A stretch of DNA of 64,000 bases, taken from contig CM059431.1 of assembly GCA_030390025.1 (NCBI GenBank), positions 141,300,001 through 141,364,000 on the forward strand, read 5' to 3'. Of this stretch, positions 27,986-41,144 are shown one piece after another. This stretch comes from Squalus acanthias. Its lineage: Eukaryota. The notes below the pieces were generated by a model, which saw only the letters and a program-made list of their open reading frames with translations, was not told the DNA's origin and did no database searches. Numbering within the stretch: the first letter of the stretch is position 1; the number at the start of each line of letters is the position of its first letter. The position numbers were made by a program, and so were the translations under genes.

Positions 27986-28879
27986 TCGACATTTAATGGT
28001 TAGTACAGAATATCACCAACAGACTCCCACTGTAATGAAAGCTTTAAATTGTCACGTCTCAGTTTCAAATTCCAACTAACAGATCTGCAATATTCTGCAA
28101 AGCAACACAGAATCTGCACGTATACACGAGTTTCATCAACAGTTCCTCATTGATATCTTTCTTAGCTTTCGTCAATGTGTCATAACTACTTCTGTTAGGC
28201 CCCAACTCCAGCCTTTGACCTCATTCACATTTTCAGTATTTCCATCTGATGGGGCAAATCTCTCCTTAACCGGGACATATTGATTAACGAAATTCTAATG
28301 ATCAAATCGATGGAATGCGGTTAGGACGTGCATTGACCACCGGGTTGCACCTCATCAGGGAGTCCTGTGTTTGAGCAGATTCAACCCCACCATCCTCATG
28401 GGATCAGATGGCCTTTTCCAATTCAACTGTTGAGTTAATTAAAATCCTGTTTGGACAGTTTAGAAGTTTATGCTGATAGGCTTAGATCAAGCGGGATGGG
28501 GGGAGCCTTCTGTGGAGCATGCACCAGTGAGTTGAAATGCTCTGATAAGTGTTGCACATGCAATGTTACTCTTTGTCGCTTCCATATTGTTGATAGGAAT
28601 TTAATTGTTAAAATAATTTTCCAAGTTAACTGTCAGCTTTTGCACAAGTACAGGATTGTGGGATTTCGATTGGAGGTACTCCAGCTGATGATTATAAGAT
28701 CAGTTCACAATTGGAGAGGAGCAAAGCTATTTATGCTAATTGGTGACTCGGCAGCTGAGTAGCTTCTATTTCCAATAACTACCTGATCCCTTGAGGTAGA
28801 CACCACGCATGCCTGTTAAATGAGGAATTAGCGACCGTGTCTCTCCTGGCTTCAGGTGGACACCGGGTAGTCATTCAAG

Positions 28880-29365
28880 CTCTTAGGATCATAGGACAGG
28901 AAGAGGACATTCAGACCCTCGATACTGTTACTTAGAAACAGGAAGAGGCAATTCTGCACCTCGAGCCTGTTACATAGGCAAAGGGGAAGGCCATTCTGCA
29001 CCTCGAGCCTGTTACATAGGCAGAGAAATAGGCTGTGCAGACCCTCTGTCCTGTTACCTAGGAACCGAAGTATAAATTTCTTCCCACACCCCCCGCCGGC
29101 CCACCAGAGCCTGCTAAATAGCAACAGGAGGAGGCCATTCACCCCCTCGAGCCGTTACATTGGAACAGGAGGAGGCCATTCATCCCCTCACGTCTGTTAC
29201 ATAGGAAACGGAGGAGGCCATTTAACCAAACGGGACATTTAATTAGGAACATCATGATGCCATTCAGATCCTCGAACATTTTACAAAGGACGAGGAGGAA
29301 GCCGTTCAACCCCTCGATCCTATTACTTCGTCACAGGACGATGCCAGTCCGCCCCCTCGAACCTA
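28880..29365. repeat. 42-bp minisatellite, copy in unit A
   Basis: Unit about CATAGGAACAGGAGGAGGCCATTCAGCCCCTCGAGCCTGTTA, diverged. Confidence 0.85.
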
Positions 29366-29870
29366 CTGCACCATTGAATTAGAAAATGGCTGATCTATAC
29401 TTCAATTCTATTATTCTGCATTTACTCTGAATCCCTCAAATACATATCCATCAAACATCTAGCGATCCCAATATTCAACTGTTCTCTATTGATATCCTTG
29501 ATACTCTTCATCACAGTGGCATTACTGTGTATCCAGAAACTCAGCTCGTAATCTTATACTCACTCTTAGTATTTCCACTTTAGGCTGCAATTCCCTGTCA
29601 AAGTTGGCAGTCACTTTGGAAACTATCATGAAAGGGAAGATTGATCATTTATTTCCGATCATGAGCCACACGGTAGACATCAAACAGGATGCAAGTGAAC
29701 TCAAATCTTGAATTGGATAAGGACATCTTGGCCCAATGAAGATGGTGGGATTCGATTTGTCTCCGTGATTGAGTTCGCCAGTGGTCAGAGAAAGACAAAA
29801 GAACGTATCCTCATTTATATCATGATTGGCGATTTCAGGGCGCCCCAAAGCGCTTTACAGCTAATCCAGT

Positions 29871-31253
29871 GTGGTCAATATTATGGTGGTAAGATCAATA
29901 ATGGAATCCCTACTAAAGGAGGAAATGGAAGAACATCCAGAAACCAAAAACATACTAATGAATAGTCAGCATGGATTTCAAAAGGGAAAGTCTTGCTTGA
30001 CCAACCTCATTGAATTGTTTGAAGAGGTAACCGAGAGCGTAGACCATGGTACTGCAGCAGATGTAATTTATCTAGATTTTCAAAAGGCCTTCGATAAGAT
30101 AGCCCGTAATAGACTGATGAACAAGGTCGGAGAATGCGGAGTCAGGGGACGAGTAGCGGAATTGATAGTTAGCTGGCTTCAAGACAGAAAGCAGAGAGCA
30201 GGGGTAAAGGGTAGCTATTCACACTGGCAGAAGATGGGTAGTGGTGTTCCACAAGGATCAGTGCTGGGACCACTGCTGTTCACAATTTATATTAGCGACT
30301 TAGACTTTGGAATCAACAACACAATTTCTGAATTTGCAGATTGCATCAAATTGGGGGGTATAGTCAATACTGAGGAGGACTGCAACAAATTACAGGAGGT
30401 CATTAATAAACTTGCAGAATGGGCATATAATTTACAAATGAATTTAAACACAGATAATGTGAGGTATTGAATTTTGGTAGGAAGAATAGGGGTTCACTTA
30501 TACTTGGATGGTGCGAGTCAAGGTCTGGTAGAGGAACAAAGAGATCTCGGAGTACAAATTAACAAATCACTGAAAGTTGCGACACAGGGTAGCAAGGCCA
30601 TACAAATAAAAAAAAAGCACTAGGGTTAAAAGGTGTAGAATTGAAAAGTAGGCAAGTTATGCTAAACCTGTACCGAACCTTAGTTAGACCACACTTAGAG
30701 TGCGTACAGTTATGGTCGCCATATTATGCAAAGGATATAGAGGCACTGGATAGGGTGCAGAAAAGATGTACATGGATGATACCAAAAATGCGAGGGTATA
30801 CATTTCAGGAAAGCATGAACAGGCTGGGTCTCATTTCTCTTGAAAAAAATAAAGCTGAGGGGCGACCTAATAGATGTCTTTAAAATTATGGAAGGCTTTG
30901 AAAGAGTGGATATAGATAGAATGTTTCCATTTGTCGGGTAGAGCATAACTAAAGGGCATCAATATAAGATAGTCACAAAGAAATCCAGTAGGGAATTCAG
31001 AAGAAACTTCTCTACCCAAGGAGTGATGAGAATCTGGAACTCGCTAACACAGGGAGTGGTTGAAGCGAATAGTATAGATGCATTTAAGAGGAGGCTAGGG
31101 AAGCATATGAGGGAGAAGGGAATAGAGGGTTATGCTGATAGATTTAGATCAGTAAAGACAGGAGGAGGCACGAGTGGAGCATAAATTCCAGTTTGGACTG
31201 GTTGGATCGAATGGACTGTTTCTGTGCCGTATATCCTATGTAATCCTATGTAA
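29871..31253 (+). mobile_element. 5'-truncated CR1 LINE inserted inside a minus-strand SINE
   Basis: RT motifs SQHGFQKGKSCLTNL, YLDFQKAFDKI, GVPQGSVLGPLLF, FAD; TAATCCTATG tail; SINE halves at about 29800-29865 and 31255-31600. Confidence 0.9.
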
Positions 31254-31254
31254 T

Positions 31255-32040
31255 ATTGTAATATGGAAACACGGCAGCCAGTTTGCGCACAGCCAAGCTC
31301 CCACAATTAGCAATAAACCGTCAATCTGTTTTTTTACTGAGGCTGGTTGAGGGATAAATACATGGCCGAACACCGGGGCGAACTCCCCTGCTCTTCTTCC
31401 AATAGTGCCATGGATCATTTAGGTCCACCTAAGAGAAAGACAAGGCCTCGTTTTAACGTCTTATCCGAATGACGGATTCGCTGACAGAACAACGCTCCCT
31501 CAGCACTGTCAACGGAAGTGTTGACCCAGAATATGTGCTCTACTCTGTGCAGTGGGACTTGAACCCTCGACCTTCTGACATAGAGGTCAGAGTGAGGTGA
31601 ACCATGTCAAGCATAGGGGCACATCTGAATCAGAAGGCTTTGGGTTCAAGCCCCTCACCAGAGTCCTTTGCACAAAATCTAGGCCAACACTCCCAATGCA
31701 GTATTGAGGGGGTGCAGCGCTATCTGTGGTGCTGTCTTTCAGAAGAGACGTTAAAATGAGGGCCGCGCCTGCCCTCTCATGTGGACGAGAACGAGCCTAT
31801 GGCAAGATTTTCGATGCACAGCAGGCGAGTTCCCCCGGTGTTCGAGCCAATATTGGTCCTTTACCATCATTACTGTAAAACAGATTACCCAATCATTGGC
31901 GCATTGCTGTAGTTGGAGCTTGCTGTGTGCAAATTTAGCTGCCGTGTTTCCTACATGACAACAGTGACTGCAATTCAAAAATGCTTAATGTTCTGTAACG
32001 CGCTTTGGGACGATCTGAGGTTGTGAAAGTCGCTTTATAG
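31255..32040. mobile_element. Head-to-head pair of Deu-domain SINEs (minus about 31255-31605; plus about 31617-32040)
   Basis: Mirror-image SINE heads GTGGGACTTGAACCC…CTTCTGAC and TCAGAAGG…GGGTTCAAGCCCC separated by a few tens of bp. Confidence 0.85.
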
Positions 32041-33055
32041 AATCGTAGAATAGTACTGCATAGATGGAGGCCATTCGGCCTAGCGCGTCTGCGCTTGCTC
32101 TTTCAAAGAGCAATCCAGTTAGAACCACTCCCCCACCCTTTCCCCATTTCCCAGCATTTTCTCTTTTTCAAGTATTTATCGAATTCCTTTTTGTAGGTTA
32201 CTATTGAATCTGTATCCATTACCCTATCAGACATTGCATTCCCAATCCTAACCACTCGCTGTGTAAACATGTTTTCCCTCATGTGGCCTCTGGTTCTTTT
32301 GCCAATCACCGTAAATCTGAGCCCTCTCGTTATCGACCATTCAGTCATTGGAAACAATTTCTCCTTATTCACTGTATATAAATCCTTGATGATTTTAAAC
32401 ATCTCCATCAATTCTCCTCTTAGCCTTCTCTGCTTCAAGGAGAACAACCCCAGCTTCTCTGGACATATACCGATAACTGTAATCCCTCATTCCTGGAACC
32501 ATTCTAGTAAAGCTCTGCTGTACCCTGTCCGAAGCCTTCACGGCCTTCCTAAAGTGTGGTGTCCAGAATTGGAACCATTACTCCAGCTGGGGTGGAAATT
32601 GTGTTTTATACAAGTTTAGCATAACTTCCTGGCTTTGGTATTCAATGCCTCTATTTATAAAGCCCAGGATGGATCCCATATCGTTTATTATCTGCTTTGC
32701 TAACTTGTCCAGCCAATGTCAAACATTTATTAAAACAACACGCTCTCTGTTCTTTCACCCCCTTAAAATTGTACCATTTAGTAGGCATGGTCCCTGCACA
32801 TTCGTCGTACCAAAATGTTTCACCTCACACTTCTCTGTGTTGAATTTCATTTCAGATGTGTCCATCATTCCACCGGCCTGTGACTTTTTGAAGTCTATTG
32901 CTATCTTCCTCACTGTTTACTGCACTTCTAAGTTACGTGTCAGCAGCAAATTTCGAAATGGTGCCCCGTACCCACAAACTCAAGTCATTAATGTATATCA
33001 CAAACAGCAGTGGTCCGAGTACTGAGCCCGGGGGAACGTCACTATTTACCTGCAT
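32041..33055 (-). mobile_element. CR1 LINE 3' fragment (unit A)
   Basis: FSLKQRRLRGELMEMFK…MFTQRVVRI; degenerate VPQGSVLGP at the 5' end. Confidence 0.88.
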
Positions 33056-33904
33056 CTTTCTTTTCTTTTTATTTCAACATTTAATTGTTAGTCCACAATA
33101 TCACCAAGAGTCTCCCACTGAACTAATACCCTAATTGTCACGTCTCAGTTTCAGTTCCATCTGAACAGTTCACCAAGATGATTTTTTCTGCAAAGCAAAG
33201 CAGAATCTGCACGTACACATGTGGTTTCACAACAGTTCCGCTTTGACATCTTTCATAGCTTTCGTCAAATTGTCATAACTAGTTAGATTATAGCCCAAAT
33301 TCAGTCTTTGGTCTCATGCATATTATCAGTATTTCCATCTGATGGGGCAATTCTCTTCGCAACCGGAAGATATTGATCAACAAGATTCTAATGAACATAT
33401 AGATGGAATGCGGTTTGGAAGTGCATTGAGCACCGGGTGGCCCCTCATCAGGCAACCCTGTGATTGAGCAGATACAAGCCCACCATTCTCCCTCAAGAAG
33501 GGTGGGAGGAGGCTGATGGTGAGCTTGAACACCGCGCGCACCAGTTATGGAAAATTGTCTGTTACTGTGCTGCACATTCAATGTTACCCTGTTTCTATTT
33601 CATATTGCTGATGATAGTATATTAATTGTCGAATGTGTTCCCAAGTTAACTGTCAAGTTTTGCAAAGGAGCAGAGAAATGTGCCATTTCGATTGGAGGTA
33701 CCCCAGCTGATGAATATAAGATCAGTTCACAATTGCAGAGGAGCAAAGCTCTTTATGGTAAATGGTGAGCGGACATCTGAGTGGATTTTATTTCCACTAT
33801 CTACCTCATCGTTAAGCTGCTCACCACCCAGGGCCTGTTAAATAAGAAAGGACAACTGTATCTCTCCTTGATGCAGGTGGACACAGCATACTCATTAAAA
33901 CTAT

Positions 33905-35060
33905 TAGGAACACAGGCAAAGGAGGAGGCTATTCTTCAGCTCGAGTCTGTTACATAGGAACAGGAGGAGGCGATTCTGCAGCTCGATCCTGTTACATAGG
34001 CACAGGAGGAGGCTATTCCGCAGCTCGAGCCTGTTACATAGGAACAGGAGGAGGCGATTCTGGAGCTCGATCCTGTGACATAGGCACAGGAGGAGGCGAT
34101 TCTGCAGCTCGAGTCTGTTACATAGGCACAGGAGGGGGCTATTCTGCCGCTTGACCCGTGACATAGGCACAGGAGGGGTCTAATCTGCAACTGGATTCTG
34201 TTAATTAGGCACAGGAGGGGGCGATTCTGCAGCTCGATCCTGTTACATAGGCACAGGAGGAGGCTAGTCTGCAGCTCGATTCTGTTACAGAGGCACAGGA
34301 GGAGGCCATTCTGCAGTTCGAATCTGTTACATAGGAACAGGAGGAGGCTATTCTGCAGCTCGAGTCTTTTACATAGGCACAGGAGGAGGCTATTCTGCTG
34401 CTTGATCCCGTTACATAGGCACAGAAGGAGGCTATTATGCAGCTCGAGTCTGTTGCATAGACACAGGAGGAGGCTATTCTGCCGCACGATCCCGTTACAT
34501 AGGCACAGGAGGAGGCGATTCTGCAGCTCGAGTCTGTTGCCTAGACACAGGAGGAGCCTATTCTGCAGCTCGATCCTGTTGCATAGACACAGGAGGAGGC
34601 GACTCTGCACATCGAGCCTGTTACATAGACACAGGAGGTGACTATTTTTCAGTTCGTTCCTGTTACATAGGCACAGGAGGTGGCGATTCTGCACCTCGAG
34701 CCTTTCACATAGGCAGAGAAATAGGCTGTGCAGACCCTCAATCCTGGTACCTAGGAACCGGAGAATAAATTTGTTCCCCCACTCCCCGCCGGCCCGCCGG
34801 AGCCTGCGAAATAGCAACAGGAGGAAGCCATTCACCCCCTCGAGTCTCTACATTGGAACAGGAGAAGGCCATTCACCACCTCACGTCTGTTACATAGGAA
34901 ACGGAGCAGGCCATTTAACCACACGGGACATTTAAGTAGGAACATCATGATGCCATTCAGTTCCACGAGCCTTTTACATAGGACCAGGAGGAAGCCGTTC
35001 AACCCCTCGATCATATTACGTCATCAAAGGAAGATGCCAGTCCGCCCCCTCGAACCTACT
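33905..35060. repeat. 42-bp minisatellite, expanded copy in unit B
   Basis: Unit CATAGGCACAGGAGGAGGCTATTCTGCAGCTCGAGTCTGTTA; gives 14-aa periodic ORFs. Confidence 0.95.
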
Positions 35061-35564
35061 GCACCATTGAATTAGAAAATGGCTGATCTATACTTCAATT
35101 CTATTATTCCGCATTTACTCTAAATCCCTCAAAGACTTATCCATCAAAAATATATCGATCCCAAGACTCAACTGTTTTCTATTGATATCCTTGATACTGT
35201 TCATCACAGTGGCATTACTGTGTATCCAGAAACTCAGCTCATAATCTTATACGCACTCTCAGTATTTCCACTTTAGGCTGCAATTCCCTGTCACAGTTGG
35301 CAGTCACTTTGGGAACTATTATGAAAGGGAAGACTGATCATTTATTTCCGATCATGAACCACACGGAAGATATAAAACACGATGCAAGTGAACTCAAATC
35401 TTGAATTGGACAAGGCCATCTTGGCCCAATGAAGATGGTGGGATACGATTTGTCTCCGTGATTGAGTTCGCCAGTGGTCAGAGAAAGACATAAAGTAAGA
35501 ACTCTCGTTTATATCATGATTGGCGATTTCAGGACGCCCCAAAGCGCTTCACAACTAATCCAGT

Positions 35565-36895
35565 GTGGTCAATATTATGGTGCTAAGATCAATAATGGAA
35601 TCCCTACTAAAGGAGAAAATGGAAGAACATCTAGAAACCAAAAACATACTAATGAATTGTCAGCATGGATTTCAAAAGAGAAAGTCTTGCTTGACCAACC
35701 TCATTGAATTTTTTGAAGAGGTAACCGAGAGCGTAGACCATGGTACTGCAGTAGATGTAATTTATCTAGATTTTCAAAAGGCCTTCGATAAGATACCCCG
35801 TAATAGACTGATGAACAAGATCAGATAATGCGGAATCAGGGGACAAGTAGCGGAATTGATAGTGAGCTGGCTTCAAGACAGAATGCAGAGAGCAGGTGTG
35901 AAAGGTCGCTATTCACAGTGCAGAAGGTGGGTAGTGGTGTTCTACAAGAATCAGTGCTGGGACCACTGATGTTCGCAGTTTATATTAACGACTTAGACTT
36001 TGGAATCAACAACACAATTTCTGAATTTGCAGATTACACCAAATTGGGGGGCATAGTCAATTCTGAGGAGGACTGCAACAAATTACACGAGGACATTACT
36101 AAACTTACAGAATGAAGTTCAACACAGATAATGTGAGGTATTGCATTTTGGTAGGAAGAATACGGAGGTCACTTATTGGGATGGTGCGAGTCAAGGTGAG
36201 GTAGAGGAACAAAGGGATCTCGGAGTACAAATGAACAAATCACTAAAAGTTGCGACACAGGCTAGCAAGGCCATACAAATAAAAAAAATGCACTAGGGTT
36301 TAAAAGTATAGAATTGAAAAGTAGGCAAGTTATGCTAAACCTGTACCGAACCTTAGTTAGACCACACTTAGAGTGCGTACAGTTATGGTCGCCATATTAT
36401 AAAAAGGATATAGAGGCACTGGATAGGGTGGAGAAAAGATGTACAAGGATGATACCAGAAATGCGAGGGTATACATGTCAGGAAAGGATGAACAGGCTGG
36501 GTCTCTTTTCTTTTGAAAAAAATAAAGCTGAGGGGCGACCGATTAAATGTCTTTAAAATTATGGAAGGTTTTGTAAGAGTGGATATAGATAGAATGTTTC
36601 CATTTGTCGGGTAGAGCATAACTAAAGGGCATCAATATAAGATAGTCACCAATAAATCCAGTAGGGAATTCAGAAGAAACTTCTTTACCCAAAGACTGGT
36701 GAGAATCTGGAATTCGCTAACACAGGGAGTGGTTGAAGCGAATAGTATAGATGCATTTAAGGGGAGGTTAGACAAGCATATGAAGGAGAAGGGAATAGAG
36801 GGTTATGATGATAGATTCAGATGAGTAAAGACAGGAGGAGGCACGAGTGGAGCATTAATGCCAGTTTGGATTGGTTGGGCCGAATGGACTGTTTC
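35565..36895 (+). mobile_element. CR1 LINE, duplicate of 29871-31253; its tail resumes at about 38391-38425
   Basis: Highly similar to the unit A copy, with the same 5' truncation point. Confidence 0.9.
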
Positions 36896-38390
36896 ATAGA
36901 AACATAGAAAATAGGTACAGGAGTAGACCATTCGGTCCTTCGAGCCTGCACCGCCATTCAATGCGTTCATGGCTGAACATGCTACCTCAGTACCCCATTC
37001 CTGCTTTCTCGCCATACCCCTTGATCCCCTTAGTTGTGAGTGTTATATCTAACTCCCTTTTGAATATATTTAGCGAACTGGCCTCAACAACCTTCTGTGG
37101 AAGAGAATTCCATAGATTCACCACTCTCTGGGTGAAGAAGTTCCTCCTCAGCTCAGTCCTAAATGGCTTCCCCTTAATCCTTAGACTGTGACCCCTGGTT
37201 CTAGTTTTCCCTACCATTGGGAACATTCTGCCCGCATCTAATTTGTCTAAACCAGTCAGGATTTTAAATGTCTCTATAAGATCCCCCCTCATTCTTCTGA
37301 ACTCCAGAGGATACAAGTTCAGTTGACCCAATCTTTCTTGATATGTCAGTCCGGCCATCCCAGGAATCAATCTAGTGAACCTTCGCTGCACTCCCTCAAT
37401 AGCAAGAATGTCCTTCCTTAAGTTAGGAGACCAAAACTGCGCACAATACTCCAGGTGTGGCCTCACCAAGGCCCTGTACAACTGTAGCATCACCTCCCTA
37501 CTCCTGTACTCAAATCCCCTTGCTATGAAGGCCATCATTCCGTTTGCTTTCTTGACTGCCTGCTGCACTTGCATTCCCACCTTCAGTGACTGATGTACCA
37601 TGACGCCTAGGTCTCGTTGCACGTCCCCTTTCCCTAATCTGCCACCATTCAGGTAATAGTCCGCCTCTCTATTTTTACCACCAAAGTGGATAACCTCACA
37701 TTTATCCACATTGTACTTCATCTGCCATACATTTGCCCATTCACCCAACCTGTCCAAGTCACTCTGTAGCCTCCTAGCATCCTCCTCATTGTTCACACTG
37801 CCTCCCAATTTAGTGTCATCCGCAAATTTGGAGATATTACATTTAATCCCTTCGTCCAAATCATTAATATATAATGTAAACAGCTGGGGTCCCAGCACCG
37901 AACCCTGCGGTACCCCGCTGGTCACTGCCTGCCATTCTGAAAAGTACCCATTTACTCCTACTCTTTGTTTCCTGTGTGCCAACCAGTTCTCAATCCACGT
38001 CAACACATTACCCCCAATCCCATGTGCTTTAACTTTGCTCACCAATCTCTTGTGTGGGACCTTGTCGAAGGCCTTCTGAAAGTCCAAATACACCACATCT
38101 ACTGGTTCCCCCCTGTCCACCCTATTGGAAACATCCTCAAAAAATTCCAGAAGATTTGTCAAGCATGATTTCCCTTTCACAAATCCATGCTGACTTGGAC
38201 CTATCATGTCGCCACTTTCCAAATGGTCTGTTATGACATCTTTAATAATTGCTTCCATCATTTTACCCACGACCGATGTCAGGCTGACCGGTCTATAATT
38301 CCCTGCTTTCTCCCTCCCTCCTTTTTTAAAAAGAGGGGTTACATTGGCCACCCTCCACTCCATCGGAACTGATCCAGAGTCTAAGGAATG
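36896..38390 (-). mobile_element. Young 5'-truncated CR1 LINE with an uninterrupted reverse transcriptase reading frame
   Basis: About 465 stop-free codons: NYRPVSLTS, QHGFVKGKSCLTNL, YLDFQKAFDKVPH, GVPQGSVLGPQLF, KFADDTKL; CATAGAAA tail; absent from unit A. Confidence 0.96.
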
Positions 38391-38424
38391 TCTGAGCCGT
38401 ATATCCCATGTAATCCTATTTAAT

Positions 38425-39205
38425 ATTGTAATGTGGGAAACACAGCAGCCAGTTTGCGCACAGCAAGCTCCCACAATTAGCAATAAACCGTCAATCTGTT
38501 TTTTTAGTGATGCTGGTTAAGGGATAAATACATGCCCGAACACCGGGGCGAACTCCCCTGCTCTTCTTCCAATAGTGCCATGGATCATTTAGGTCCACCT
38601 AAGAGAAAGACAGGGCCTCGTTTTAACGTCTTATCCGAAAGACGGAATCGCTGACAGAACAACACTCCCTCAGCACTGTCAACGGAAGTGTTGACCCAGA
38701 ATATGTGCTCAACTCTGTGCAGTGGGTCTTGAACCCACGACCTTCTGACTTAGAGGTCAGAGTGAGGTGAACGATGTCAAGCATAGGGACACCTCTGAAT
38801 CAGAAGGCTTTGGGTTCAAGCCCCTCACCAGAGGCTTTTGCACAACATCGAGGCCAAGACTCCCAGTGCAGTATTGAGGGAGTGCAGCGCTATCTGTGGT
38901 GCTGTCTTTCGAAGAGACGTTAAAATGAGGGCCGCGTCTGCCCTCTCAGATGGACAAGAACGAGCCCATGGCACGATTTTCCAAGCACAGCAGGCGAGTT
39001 CCCCCGGTGTTTTAGCCAATATTGGTCCTCAGCCATCATTACTGTAAAACAGATTACCCAATCATTGGCGCATTCCTGTAGTTGGAGTGCGCTGCGTGCA
39101 AATTTAGCTGCCGTGTTACATTACAACAGTGACTGCAATTCAAAAATGCTTAATTTTCTGTGAAGCGCTTTGGAACGATCTGAGGTTGTGAAAGTCGCTA
39201 TATAG
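38425..39205. mobile_element. Head-to-head Deu-SINE pair (unit B duplicate of 31255-32040)
   Basis: Highly similar to the unit A pair, including the spacer. Confidence 0.85.
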
Positions 39206-40213
39206 AATCGTAGAATAGTACTGCATAGAAGGAGGCCATTCGGCCTATCGCGTCTGCGCTTGCTCTTTCAAAGAGCAAGCCAGTCAGTCCCACTCCCCCA
39301 CTCTTTCCCCATTACCCTGTATTTTGTCTTTTTCAAGTATTTTACCAATTCCCTTTTGAAGGCTACTATTGAATTTGTATCCATCACCATATCAGATTTT
39401 GCATTCCCAATCCTAACCACTCGCTGTGTGAAAACGTTTTCCCTCATGTGACCTCTGGTTCTTTTGCCAATCACCGTAAATCTGTGCCCTCTCGTATCGA
39501 CCATTTAGTCATTGGAAACAGATTCGCTTTATTCACTCTATACAAACCCTTCGTGATTTTAAACATCTCCATCAAATCTCCTCTTAGTCTTCTCTGCTTC
39601 AAGGAGAACAACCCCAGCTTCTCTCGTCTATCCCGATAACTGTAATCCCTCATCCCTTGAACCATTCTAGTCAATCTCTTCTGTACCCTGTCCGAAGCCT
39701 TCACGGCCTTCCTAAAGTGTGGTGCCGAGAACTGGAAACATTACTCCAGCTGGGTGGAACTAGTGTTTATACAAGTTTAGCATAACTTCCTGGCTTTTGC
39801 ATTAAATGCCTCTCTTTATAAAGCCCAGGATCCCATATCCTTTATTAAATGCTTTGCTACCTTGTCCAGCCAATGTCAAACATTTATAAAAAAAAACACA
39901 CTTTGTTCTTTAACCCCTTTAACATTTTACCATTTAGTAGGCATGGGCCCTGCTCATTCTTAGTACCAAAATGTAACACCTCACTTCTCTGCATTGAATT
40001 TCATTTGTGATGTGACTGTTCACTCCACCGGCCTGTCTATGACTTTTTGAAGGCTATTTCTATCTACCTCACTGTTTACTGCTCTTCTAAGTTTCGTGTC
40101 ATTTGCAAATTTCGAAATGGTGCCCCGTACCCACAAGTGCATGTCATTAATGTATATCACAAACAGCAGTTGTCCGAGTACTGAGCCCTGAGGAACGTCA
40201 CTAGGTACCTCCA
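39206..40213 (-). mobile_element. CR1 LINE 3' fragment (unit B duplicate of 32041-33055)
   Basis: VPQGSVLGQLLFVIYIND…KFANDTKL; LGLFSLKQRRLRGD. Confidence 0.88.
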
Positions 40214-41144
40214 TCTTTCTTTTCTTTTTATTTCCACATTTAACTGTTAGTCCACAATATCAGCAAGAGTCTCCCACTGAAGTAATAGCCTAATTGTCAC
40301 GTCTCAGTTTCAGTTCCATCTAAACAGATCACCAAGATGATTTTTTTGCAAAGCAAAGCAGAATCTGCACCTACACATGTGGTTTCACAACAGTTCCGCT
40401 TTGACATCTTTCATAGCTTTCGTCAAATTGTCATAACTAGTTACATTATGGCCCAAATTCAGTCTTTAGTCTCATGCACATTATCAGTATTTCCATCTGA
40501 TGGGGCAATTCTCCTCACAACCGGGAGATATTGATCAACGAGATTCTAATAAACACATTGATGGAATGCGGTTTGGAAGTGCATTGACCAAAATCAGGCC
40601 CCTCATCATGGAATCCTGTGTTTGAGCAGATACAACCCCAGCGTCCTCCCTTTTGGCCTTTTCCAATAAAACTGTTCACTTCATTCATATCCTATTTTGT
40701 CTGTTTAGATGGTTATGCTGATAGGGTTAGATCAAGAGGGGTGGGAGGGGGCTGCTGTGGAGCTTGAACTCCGCGTGCACCAGTTATGGAAATGGTCTGT
40801 TACTGTGCTGCACATTCAATGTTACTCTGTGTCTCTTCCATATTGCTGATTATAGTATTTAAATTGTCAAATGTGTTCCCAAGTTAACTGTCAAGTTTTG
40901 CAAAGGAGTAGAGAATTATGGCGTTTCGATTGGAGGTACCCCAGCTGATGAATATAAGATCAGTTCACAATTGCAGAGGAGCAAAGCTCTTTATAGTAAA
41001 TGGTGACGGGACATCTGAGTGGCTTTTATTTCCAATAACTACCTGATCCGTTAAGCAGCTCACCACCCAGTGCCTGTTAAATAAAGAAAGAACGACTGTA
41101 TTTCTCCTTGATGCAGGTGGACACAGCATACTCATTAAAACTGT

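Noticed and set aside
36987..38483. 498-aa stand-alone RT gene (retron/DGR-like or domesticated)
   Set aside because: It is the 3' part of CR1 ORF2 with a CR1 tail; the N-terminal ~30 residues come from flanking repeats and the start is TTG.
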